From: Marsupella aquatica
Lineage: Eukaryota > Plantae > Marchantiophyta
DNA: 64,000 nucleotides
Reading direction: 5' to 3'
Assembly: GCA_973895155.1 (NCBI GenBank)
Contig: OZ316894.1
Span: 8,022,234-8,086,233, forward strand
Of the stretch, positions 26,701-38,681 are shown one piece after another. The stretch's first letter is position 1, and each line of letters opens with the position of its first letter. The position numbers and the translations under genes are program-made. The notes beneath the pieces are model-generated. The model had not been told where the DNA came from. It saw only the letters and a program-made list of their open reading frames with translations, and did not search any database.

Positions 26701-28791
26701 GTGCACCCTTTTCTCTTGGTACAGAGCAATTCGAGCAATCAGCTCCGACAGACTTCGTGTGGTTTCTGGGTCAGATGATATGACCGTGCTTGTCTGGGAT
26801 AAAAATGGTGGACAATGTCTAGAAGAATTGAAGGGTCATCAGGACAGGGTATTGTACTTTCCCGTTCAGGGCTTGGTGACGTGTTATTTGCTTTCTAGTC
26901 ATCATTTGTTTTTCCTGGAATTTGGAACTTTAATCGTTTGTCATTCTAATCAGATACTTTGAATGAAATGTCCTCTGCATGTGACTCGTATATGCAACTG
27001 AATCATGGTCTTTCAGAGCCATAAGCTTTGAACTCGGATGGAATCCCCAAACAGATCTTTACGAAAGTCTAGCTTTCTTACTCTAAATACATATCATCCT
27101 AGCTGAAAATGTATGTTTCCATAGATCTCATCCAAGCTTAGGAATCCTATCTGAGCAATAGGTTTGGGAAGGGGTCCCCATCCGAGCTTATAGCGCTTGT
27201 CTTTCAAGTACTGCAAACAAGAAAAAGAAACTGAAAAGTCTTGTTAAATATCTTTGATTTGTCGTCTTGCCAGGTTAGCTGTGTGAGAATGCTATCAGGT
27301 GCGCGCGTCCTCACAGCTGCTTATGATGGGACCGTGAAAATGTGGGATGTCCGAACAGATGCCTGTGTAGCCAATGTGGGGAATCATTCATCATCCATAT
27401 TGTGCATGGACTATGAAGATTCTAGTGGAGTCTTGGCCGCTGCAGGCATGGATGGGTTAGTAATCCCTTACAACAATCTGTGTTCCTCAATACTTAAATG
27501 AGTTAGCCAGTTAAGAGCAGATCGGTTGCTATGTCGTTTGCTATTCTGGCGTAGGAAGCAGAGGGCTCTGACATATTGGGTGTATATTCCAGAGTGATAA
27601 GCATTTGGGACATTCGGGCAGGGAAGCAAATGCACAAGCTTCCAGGTCATACAAACTGGATCAGGTATTTCTTCTTTTGGGTTATAGCCGACTTTTGAGG
27701 TATTGTGTCTCTCTCTTTATCCGGGTTTACCTTCCAGATATTTAACTAGCTCGAAGGTTTTCTTGTGCAGATCATTGAGAAAAGTGGGGGATACAATTGT
27801 TTCGGGAAGCGATGATTGGACAGCAAGAGTTTGGTCTGTGTCACGTGGTGCTTGTGATGCTGTCCTTTACTGCCATAAGGGTGCAGTTACATGTGTAGAC
27901 TATTGTGCAGCAGATCATGGCATTATTACAGGTAAGTAGAGACACTCTGGAGCATGCGCACTTCTTGGGGACATGATCAAACCTACCTTATCAGGCACTA
28001 TCTCTACAGACTTTAGCAACTTGATATGCACGATGGCAGTATGGCAGTATCAACAGTGAATTTGCTCGTTATTTGTCGTGCAGGTTCATATGATGGAATG
28101 GTTCGGTTTTGGAAGCGTGAGGAAGGTGAGTGATTAACATATCTTTCAGCAGTCCTATGTCCCTATGGTAGGTTTGTGGAAGTTGATGGTTTGAAATAGT
28201 TTCAACGTAGAGCCGGGCTATAATGTCAGGGAAAGTATTTTTTTCTCAATGGCTGATTGTTGTAAGTGGCACTTCCGCTATCATTCAGGATCTCTCCGTT
28301 CTGTCAAATCTGTTGTCGGAATACACTCAGCCCCGATCCTTTCCATTAAAGCCGGGGAGAAGTGGCTGGCTATTGGAGCTGCTGATAACTCCATGTCTCT
28401 ATTTCATCGAGGATCTGCCCGTGTGGATGTGGAAAGTTGGCAGTTACACCGAACGCCATCACGTAGTGCTGCTGCGGTACGTGTGGAATGAAAGCGTTCG
28501 CTCAAATTTGTAGCTTCGTATTTCTTACTCTAGTATTTTTACCAGCACAGTGCTACTGACTCGAAAGCTTGATTTCCATACATATTTGTTACTGGTTTAC
28601 CCAGGCTTAAGTGAAAAGTCTTAGTTGTCCATGTCTTAGTCTAGGAGCAAACATCTGACATGGAACTCACTCCAAGAGACATTTTCTGTTCGCAGATAAG
28701 ATTTATTACCTCTGACATTGAACGAGGTCGCCTTATCAGTGGAGCTAGAAATGGGCTACTCCGATTATGGGAACCAGTCAGTACTCTTTGA
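17715..28791 (+). CDS. SCD1: SCD1 (STOMATAL CYTOKINESIS-DEFECTIVE 1): DENN-domain + WD40-repeat protein, 31 exons
   Basis: Manually spliced GT-AG exons: 17715-17903,18313-18406,18677-18878,19052-19193,19349-19449,19680-19743,19874-19987,20615-20838,21262-21316,21520-21609,21894-22089,22463-22607,22770-22833,23049-23093,23365-23440,23634-23707,24091-24141,24292-24449,24584-24631,24763-24832,25104-25187,25431-25671,25884-26086,26349-26413,26725-26848,27274-27455,27593-27664,27771-27931,28084-28125,28289-28476,28696-28791. Peptides include EYFVVCGLGP, YPIVLTDGDGSKIYVSC, LLERRVLLRASKYS, DAPTPYLMGL (uDENN/DENN), AERERMVLDIKVKLQGLW, and multiple GH...WD repeats. Confidence 0.96.
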
Positions 28792-30729
28792 AAGGTGGTA
28801 CTTCTCTCCTTTCTTCGTTCACATGGTATGAGAGGGTTTGCAATTGTGTCAAATATCCATCTTTCTGCACCGGGAATGAGATTACTTGGTCCTTGGACGA
28901 TGCCATCGGGCCTTAAGATTCCAGTCCCTCAGAGCTGGTGAACGTTTGAGACATGGCACATCAAGACTACCTTCTCAACGTCAGATTCTGATTCTCCTTT
29001 TTGTCAAGAAAATTGATGTTGTGGTCCGGTCTGGACCAAGTAGTGAGTGTTATTAGGCGTGAGGAAGTGTCCCATGTAGAGGACGAGTGGTTCTTGGCCC
29101 TGAATTGATGACTGTTGATTAGAACAACAGGAAAAGTTAGTTAAAATTGTAGGAATTGAAGTAGTGAATTATTGCTCACTGCACAAGGACCAGTAACAAG
29201 TTTTCAAGAGTTCCTAGTGCGAAAATACGCAAAGAGATTGACGAGAACAGGCGATGCAGTGTGATAAGTGTTCGGAGGCAATCTCAAGTTTAAGAGTAGG
29301 AGAGTCAATCCCAAGATGCATATCTGGGCTTTGTTGGCCATTCCAACATTCGCCTAGATTCCTTATGTTTCTATATAATAGTAGAGGAATAAAGAAGTGT
29401 ACTTTTGAGTTTACAATAGCCACTGGTTTTTTGTTAAACCTTGATAAATCAGGGTTTCAACATGAGGTGTTTGTCGTATCCATGGTTAAGCCTCTATGAC
29501 GATGATTACATTTTCAAAAATGTTGTTGGTGCCTCCCACTCATCTGCTGAGCTTTATTACATTATAATATGCATGAGTTTATGGATAGGTTAGTGTTTAC
29601 AAGTTTTTTTGAACAATTGTTCTGTACGTTCATAAACTCCTGCCTCTCTTATTTCATCCCACATGTATTCCACAACCTTAGATGCTATGGGAGCATTATT
29701 TTCCTAGTCATTCATGGATTCAATTAAAGTAAAGTTTAGAAATATCAATCAAAACTTCAAGCACTGTAATTCCATCTCTGGAATAAATTATCCTGAATGA
29801 AAGGTCTCGAGCCCAGTCTCGAGTATATATTTTGGAGATCACCTTCAATCTACAACTATAATACTTAATCCTGTCCAGTTTAGTCCTTTTGTCCCATTAT
29901 GAAATGCATTTTTGGCGGGAATGACTGATAGCCGTTAGATTATTTGGGTGATTTTTGGTAACAGTTTGATTATTAATTCTGTGACTAAGGTACACATAAA
30001 CACAATGATATTGCATGGGGATGCTTTTTACTCTTCCATAAGGACTACAAATGGTGCACTAATGGAGAAGGGGATAAAGTAGCAAGAAATTGACACTAAG
30101 GAAAAAAAAGGGGAAAGCCTAATAAAGGAAAAAAATTAACAAAAATTCAAGAAGAAAATAATGAAAAAGGTAAGGAAAAATAGAGAAGGGGATAAAGTGA
30201 GGATCATTTTGTATTTTCATGCCCCCCATTTTTAAGAAATGAGCATGTATATATTTTATGTTTTTAAAATATTAATAATTTTAAAATTAATAAAAATTGT
30301 ATGGTTTTTTTGGTTGATCATGTTACGAGTCCGTGATGTAATGGCCACTGTCACTCATCTTGCATCTCCATGTTCTCACCTCTATCCTCCTTAACAATAA
30401 TATGTTCACCATATAACCAAAATGATAAAAAAATTGTAACAATAACCAACATCATCAAACAATGACATTTTTTATGTTACATCTTTTTTGCAGCGCATAG
30501 GGAATGAGTTTGCCTGCATTTTTTTTGTGTTTCCTTGACAATTTTGCCTCACCTCGACATTTTTTTCTACTTTCAACATATTTTCTTCACCTCAACATCT
30601 TCTGTGCAATGTACGGGCATTTTTGTGTTCTTTACCTCACCATACCATCTTTCCCTAACCCTCGACATCTTTTCTCTTCTTGACATGTTTTCCTCTTCTT
30701 TACATCTTTTGCTCACCTTGCCATCTTTA

Positions 30730-32410
30730 AAAGTGATTTTCAGTCGAAGTAACATTATTTCTTGTTGGTTTTTCAGGATAGTTCTTTTCCACTCTTGCTT
30801 AAATTGTTAGTATAAAAGTGGATGATCTTGAGTCCAAAGTAATACTTGTTCTTGTGAATTTTTCAAAATAGTTGTTTTCCCTCTAGATTTCCACTCGTGA
30901 GATCACAATAACACTCATTCATGTGCGCAAAAATAGTGTTAGCACAAAATTAGTGTGACTAACACTAATTTGCAAGTAGACCCTGAAATTTTTTAATTTT
31001 TTTTTTGTTTGGGGGGGGGGGGGAATCTGTCTTTATTCCATGGAACCGAAACAAGGGCCCCCGCCTGAGGAGAAGGAGGCCAGGGAAAAAAACCAATTAA
31101 GGGGGACTAATAGAAGGAGCACTCCCAGAGATAGAAAGGGCCTCCCAACCGGCCTGCCAAAATAGGGGGGAAAGGAATAGGGAGGAAAGGAGGGACCCTC
31201 AGAAGAGAACCATAGGACCTAAACTAATCTAGTATTCAACCAGACCCACACAAACAGCAGGAGACCGACCACGGACGAGACCTGGTCCTGGCAACTCTTC
31301 ATCTCTCCGCGGCACCATAGTATTTGCTCCGTCCCACCTTCCCCACAATACCGTCAACCAAAACAGATCCCCAGCCCAGCTGACTTCGCATGTATCCCAA
31401 ACAAAGCTATATAGCCGGTTCTCCACCAAAGACTGCCCGTCAGAGAAAGACTGGGACAACGTTGAGTCTTTATCCCAACCCCATGAATAGGCACCACTAG
31501 CCATAGCGCTCATTGTATCCACCAGTGTTGATGCAGAACTGGAAGCTTGGCCTGGAAGAGAGAGAGATACCTCATCACCTGAGTGAGTGATCCAGATGAG
31601 ACAGCCGAAAGGTGATCAGCGAATACGGCAAGGAAAAAGACTGCCTTTAGCAGATGTTGATATTTATGTAAAAAAAACCATTGCTTCCTTCTTCAAGACA
31701 GCGAGAGAGAATGACAGGCAGGCGAATACTGAAAAAAGGGGGGATCGGATTATGGTTTGTAGATTTCCTTGCCTCCATATGTGAGATCAACCAGAGAAAC
31801 CAGTAGATGAAAATGATGCGTTTGCATCCGCCCCAATGCCGAGAATGATTGCTGACGGGGAGAATGGAGAGAGAGCCCGAACCCACTCTGAGACCGAGAC
31901 CAGAGATCCAACCAAAAGGCAGTTGACAGAATACAAACATCCTAGCGAGCGACTGCATGTGGTTGAAACTATAACGACACTAGCTATCCTATATGAGAGT
32001 CCTATACTGTGGAAGAATTGATAATAGGCCATGAGAGAATATGGGAACGGCATGAGCTAGAAATCAATATCTGTCCAGCCAAGATGCAATAGTTCAATCT
32101 CTAGAGCGATGATCCATAGCGAATAGATCTCTTGTTCGAAACGAAGAGCAAATCATGATTTATTGGCACTGATCAGTGCCAATAAACAAGTAGCCTGAAA
32201 GATGGCTGGGAGTAACCTTCCCCACAGATTGGAGAATGGTCAATAGGAGAGGGCTGGGGAATATCCAGAGCATGGTGGAGAAAGCCAAAGTGGGATGGCT
32301 CCTCCCCCCCCCCCCCCCCCCCAAAATACCAACCTCTGCAGGGGAAGAAAGCTACAAGGTGCCCAATTGACACTCTCAAATTAGTGTTATTCACACTAAT
32401 TAGCGTAGAA
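30730..32410. repeat. Second copy of the 4940-5212 repeat, split by a ~1.38-kb insertion
   Basis: The left part 30730-30983 and right part 32367-32410 match adjacent parts of 4940-5212. Confidence 0.75.
30984..32366 (-). mobile_element. 5'-truncated non-LTR retrotransposon (LINE) 3' fragment / retrocopy
   Basis: On the minus strand, AATAAA (plus TTTATT 31032-31037) is followed by an A-rich tail (plus T-run 30989-31010). The interior is degenerate and coding-like, and the fragment interrupts a known repeat. No clean TSD was found. Confidence 0.6.
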
Positions 32411-33728
32411 CAGTGTAGTTGATGCAGACTGGAAAGAACATCAGTAATTAGAGCATGGTGATTCCAGTTTGTAGCCATTTTCATGAAAATGCTGGGTTTA
32501 ATTAATGGCAGACAAAAAATTTCTCCCACCCTTCACATTTATTTATGGTTTCAAGGTGGACCATTATGGGTATAGTGTCTCCAGTACCTCTTTCATATGT
32601 GAGTTGATATAAGATTGGTTTGAAGACACCATAAGGGTGCACCTCGGTACCATAACCAAGTACATACAGTAGCGAGTTTTCAAACCACTCAATTATTGAC
32701 CAATCTAACTTAATAATCTCTATGTGAATTATTGTTCAGGGTTTATTGTTTAGAGTAAAGTCTCTACACCATGGAGGGTGCATATAACTGAACTTGGGGG
32801 TGCGGGCGGAAAACAGGGTTGGGGGTGGGTTGAGTCTCTCAAAATGGCACAGCTTTCGACTATTCGCAGGAATGGATTTATCCCATATCAGTGAACAAAC
32901 ACCCACTTGCAATGTACTCGCCTCTATTTACATTTAAAGAACGGGTTACTTAACTCTAAAACCATTCATCTGGTGACAAAATAGTAATACTCTAGTCAAG
33001 TGACCGTAGTAAAGAGTCACTCGCTCCATCGTCGATGCATGGGAATGAATCGACGGACTGCGATGGGCTGCCCGTGATCGCTTGTCACGGCCGTGAGTCC
33101 GCACGGAATCGTATTTTCGAAGACGGTCGAAAAACGTCCTGTCCACCTTGATTTTCGGGTGAGATTTCTCAGTCCAAATTGAACTCTAGAAGGCCCGCGC
33201 TAGCTCGCTGGAAAGAGGATTGCATAAGCTTTCCAATGAGCCGATTTTCGCGTGATTCCGATCACATTTGAGAAAGATATGAGCCCCGCAAGCGACCGCA
33301 TCAATGGTCGTCGTTTTTTCCCCGTCTGAGACTCACTGTTCGCGCTCTTGCACTACTGTACCGTCTGCGCCCTTCGTATCGATCGACTGATTCAAAATGT
33401 CCACAGCTCTTCTCTGCTCTGAGTCCAGTGCTCCTCTTCCTCCTGCTCCTCCTCCATATCTCTGGCCACCATGATCGAATCGTAAGCTTCATTCCGTGTT
33501 GTGTTAATGCGCGAGCTGCTGAGCCTGACGACACCTCGTTTGTGATCCCGGACATCGGCTTGTCGACTTCTCTGCGTCTTGAATCCGACTGGGAACGACC
33601 AAAGAAACGAACGGACGAAGGAATGAATTTCTGAGCAGGGATGAAGGCTATGAGGATTGGGTGGGAGATGGTGGAATAGCTGCTGCTGCGACTGCTGCTC
33701 CTGTGGGTGGAGCGGGGGTGGAGAAAGG

Positions 33729-36700
33729 ATGTCGCTGTTTGGGACGCCTCAAGGGCAAGCGGGGGCGCAGTCTGCGACTCCGTCGATGTTCGGGTCCTCA
33801 TCACCGCAGCTTGGAGGAGGGCTACTGGGAAGCACTCCGAACTTCGGACAAACAGGGGGGCCGTTAGCTTTTGGGGCATCGCCATCGCCGTTCGGGCAAT
33901 CAACACCATCAATGTTTGGACAACCTCAACAATCTGCCTCTCAACCGGGTTCCATTTTTGGGCAATCGCCCGCATTCGGTCAAGCGCAGCAGCCTTCTAT
34001 GTTTGGTCAGCAGCAGGCGCAGCAGAGCCCTTTTGGTCAATCTTTTGGCCGGAGCCCCTCTATGTTTGGTACTCCTCAGCAACAGATGTTTCAGAGTCCC
34101 AATCTGACAACGCAGATGGCACCTGTTGCTCCTCTTGTCATCCCGCTGCCGGATAGGGAGATTCAAGTGAGTTGTTATGAAGCGGCTCTCTGAAGGGTTT
34201 AGGCCGTTCTGTTGCCCAGGCAGTAATGGAAAGTCATTGCAGTTCCTTCAGTATTATTGTCATGAATTTGGTCGAGGGACTCATTTGGTGAACCGGGAAG
34301 CTTCTTGAAGTTACATACTAGGTTTGAATTTAACCAATGAAGGTGGATTTTCGATGCAGAGTTTCATCAAAGCATACAAAGAGGATCCTGGAAATCCTAA
34401 ATATGCCTTCAAGGTCTGAGATACACTTAATATTCCTTCGTAAGCAAGGATACTATCTGTTATACTGAGTTTGATCACGTCTGAATTTAATCAAGAGTGA
34501 ATTTTTTTTGTCCGTTCGCTTTATCACCACTTTGTGAACTCCTGGCCAATTGGAGTTTTTCACAAGTGTCTGCTGATTTTTTAGTGTTTCCAACGAGAGG
34601 TTCATTGGCTAGGCTGACTGCGACCCTTCTTTTGTTCCCATGACAGCATTTACTACTCAGTGTAACAGATCCTTCGGCAAGAGTAAAACCAGTTGGTGTT
34701 TCTGATGTAAGTAGACATCAGACTTCAACCTGTGCACAGTTCTGTATTGCAGATGATGTTGGAGAGCTCGTTTCTTAGTCGAAGATCAGTCTCAGTAGGT
34801 CCTTGTCTCGAAATCGGTCAGTCATCACGTACTGGCTATTGCCGATCATAATTGGTCAACTGTCTTGCACCTTAGCTTGAGACTTAAAATGATTATTTGA
34901 CTTTTCTATGCCTTGGATGTTTAGTAATTCTCCTGCGTACAAATTGCAGATAATGTGGGCACAGGCTATGAACAAGCTGGATGGTATGGACAGTGCAGAC
35001 AGGGAAAGGTTATGGCCTGAAGTTGTGTATGGCTTCAAGGACCTCTCTAAGCGTCTCAAGGTATTTGTTTTGTCCTATGGAGTTGCAGTGGACTTCTCCA
35101 TGCGCGAACCAGTCTCCTGTCGTTGCACTGATAAATTTGTCAGGCCTCGACGGTTGTCTTTTCTGCAACTGTATTCATTTTGCATGAACTGATCTTTCGC
35201 ATGATGGCTACTCAATGACAATGCAGCTGCAAGATGATGCCATCAGTGCTGACGTTCAGAGATTACAGGCCACTGAAGCTAACGTGAAATTGGTGAGTCT
35301 TTTGTTTTGAAGGTCACAGCTGTAGATGTACATGACATTGTCTACGAAATTTATTGGTAGATATCATCTCGTTACTGGTACATGCTTAGGGTTTTGATGG
35401 TCTTTTGGTGGACAGCTACATCGCCATTTTGACACAGATACACTCCCCTGGATTCAACGCCTAAGGCAAAAGGAGCAGGAGTTACAACGAAGACTTGTAA
35501 AGGTGAGTAAGCTTGCCTTTAGCCCTAAACGAATGAGTTCATAACGGATATTATTTGATGCCCTTCAGTGGTAGCTTAAGCGAACAGCCAGCAATCATTC
35601 ATGGTTGGCTGTGGGTGGCGTGTTTTGCAAAAGTGGTTCATTCCTGGTGCTCTATATCTATATTGACGTTTCTTAGGTTGATAGGGGAGACATTTGGTTG
35701 CTGGCCAATGGGCAATGGACGTTCGTGCGTTTAATCTTTGTGTGTGCTTGTGTGGTAAGTGGAACTACTTCAAGAGCTTTTCTTACACACCGATCGTAAC
35801 AATGGAAGGACAAGCCGACATACTGGTGTGTTTAATGGGTCTGGAACGGCGTCAGATGGGATTAAACATTGTAAAACTTGTCTTGTTTCGTTACATTTCT
35901 TGAACAGGTGATGAAATACGTAGAGGCTCTAGAAGGCAAGGGATGCCGTATGGCCTTAACCAGAGGAGAAACAAAGTTGGGGGACCAGCTGCGGACTCTG
36001 GCTCGACAAGTAGGTTCTCACTATCCAGAGTTTTGTTCAGACCTTGTTCAGTGGGATTCTGTAGTAAATTGTTGAACATTTTTGGGTGTATTGGGACGTT
36101 TCTGTTGTTACAAACATTGCGGTGCTGGTCCCTATTGGAGCCTACTCACAGAATTATTTGGGTAGCAGCTGCAAGGCGCAGCTGCAGAAATACCACGAAG
36201 GGTGGATTGGCTGCTTTCACAATCCCGCATGGAAGCTGATATTGGGCAAGGCTCTGCGATGCTCCTCCTTGGACCAGGGAAGATAGATGGACAGAGCCTG
36301 TCAAATATGCAAGAGGTTGGTCTCTCTGCCGATAGATGGAATATTTTCAAGCAGTGTCTTAGTGATGTGGATTGTTGAACGATGTACAGTCTCTTCCTAT
36401 CATGAGAATATTTTTGCTAACGGTGTTTCCTCACTCATCTTGGACCGATGCATGCTCTCAACACTGCCTGTCTACTTGATGAACTAATACTTGCCGCAGC
36501 GAGGTGTTCCCTCTAAATACTCAGCTCTGTTTCTTTAATAATCTTTCTAATTCTTCTTGTAGGTATTACGACAGCAGACAGACGCCATTGCTCATCTTAC
36601 TGGGGTTCTGAAGAGGGATATACGAGATATGGACATCATCGTATCAGAAAGTGCTGAGTCGGCTTTGGAGGGAGAGTTCAATCCAAGGGGTTTCATGCGG

Positions 36701-36760
36701 AACGTCGTTGCAGATGGCTCAAAACTTGGATCGCCATTTAGAAAGTATTCAATCAGATAA
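33729..36760 (+). CDS. NUP54: Nucleoporin NUP54 (FG-repeat N-terminus + Nup54 coiled-coil), 9 exons
   Basis: Exons 33729-34166,34360-34413,34647-34706,34950-35060,35227-35292,35416-35502,35908-36009,36169-36315,36563-36760. SMFG/PFGQ repeats are followed by QMAPVAP..PLPDREIQ, YKEDPGNPKYAFKHLLLSVTDP, IMWAQAMNKLDGMDSADRERLWP and VLKRDIRDMDII, as in plant Nup54. Confidence 0.94.
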
Positions 36761-38681
36761 TTGCAACCGTTTGTTCTGTCTTTTGATTTTCGGTAATACT
36801 AGAGGATGCTCATGCAAGTGAGCTCCCATCCACACAATTTTTTACTCGGGACCTTTCACAGCTGTCGACTGGTTAAGCGTCGGATGAATCATTATGTTGA
36901 AGGTGTCAAGTAGTCTAGGGAATTGGTCTCCCGGAAAGTATGTAGAAGGTGTCTAGTAGTCTAGGAATTGGGCTCCCCGAAAGTGCCAAGCCTACGAGGT
37001 TTCTGTGAGAGACGTGTATTTTAATTTATTATGATCATTCGTGTCTCATCGGTGATAACTGCACGACTGTTTGTGAAGACAGCGCTCACGAATTGAATTG
37101 ATATTTACATGGGCCACTCTTACCTTCATCTGGCCACAATTAATAAACTTTTAGTGCATTGACTGAACAAAACTCATTGGTGGCTCAGAATTGTTTTGTT
37201 ATACGGTCGGCAGTTTCTAAGTTGAGCGTGAATATCTCCATTCCGTGGATAAGTGTAGCTTTGTCATGTGGACCCCTAATGTTACATTTTTATTTGTAAA
37301 CACACCAAAACATGCACTTTTCATAAGTGCATTTTCGACCTGGACTAACCTATACATACATGAGTACATTTCCATCTGTAATTGTATACATGCGCTTATC
37401 AGTTGAGAGACAGTTAGTGCGAACCTGGGTTCTCTTGCTAACCTGGGTGCTGGCACGATCCTTCAATATATTTTTCATATCACTAAAAAATAGTCCATAA
37501 CTGGAAGAAGCTGATACCAACACTGATTCACGGTCGAAGTTGCCCTTGCGGTTCTTGTCATATGAGTGACGGGGAGACCGTTAAGGGTGTCTTGTTCCAA
37601 CATGAGTCTGTTGCCATTTCCTTCTTTAGTTATTTACCAGCCTTGATGGATGATCATTGGCGCAAAGAGCACAAAGCATTGGACCCTGACAGCTTCGTCC
37701 CAACTTCCTAGAATTTGGGAGCAATTTGGGGAAATGGAGTAGTCACCACTGTAAGGTAAACCATGGTAGCTCTAAGCTGATTCCAACGTTTTTGTGATTG
37801 ATTTTTGCTTCCATCCCCAGCTGCAAACTAGAATGGGAGTTCCCCCTGGCTAACCCATTGGTTGGGCTTTTTGGCTCTTGGGTCTTCATGGGGTCTCTCC
37901 TTTTTATTGGGATTTCCTGCCTTCGGAATCCTTTCTCCTCGTTTCATGCTCAAATTCTATGGATGTGATATGTATCTGGGCATGGATAATTGGAGTACGG
38001 TATTCTTGGTTCCTAGGTTTATAAAAAAATTCAGTGAGTTCACATGCGCTGGCTAGTAAACTTGTGTGTCCAGTTTCCGTTCAGTCAGCCTCAATTTCTC
38101 AACTTTGAGTGTCTGGAGTAGCACACTCTGGGCCTTCCATTCCAATTGTGTTCCCCATGTGCGACTTCCCTTCTTTCATGCTGTGATGCGAAGGGGGCAG
38201 GCAAGGAGGGTCTGCCGTCAGCCTATGCAACCGCAACTGTAATCCAGCAATAATCCGGCCCTAACCAAGTTTGGATTCAACTCACCAAAACTTTTGTTTC
38301 TCAAGTCCTCCCCCCTCCCTCTCCAATGGACGCAGTTCTTTCCATGTTGGAAAAGCGTCGCTTATAAGCCTTTTCATCTTAAATATGGACGCTCCAGACA
38401 TAACAGAGATTGCCTTAGCTTTCATGCAGCCATTCAGAAACGCAAACCACGGACAGTTTATGGCATCAGTTGTGTTGTTTGTAGCGAATCGCAGGCGACA
38501 GATTTTTCAACTTCCAATTTGTTTGAGACAAAATTCTCCCAAAGGAAAGACCCTGGATCAGAAGAACTTGATTTCATTATTGATATGGACGAGTAAGGCA
38601 TAGATTGGCATGTACGTTGCGCCGATATTTCACGCCTCAAAGTGAGTTCAGATCATATATTCTTAGGGCGAGGTTGAGTCT

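Noticed and set aside
33301-33975. 224-aa minus-strand ORF
   Set aside because: It is the antisense shadow of the GC-rich NUP54 leader and exon 1, with no recognisable domain.
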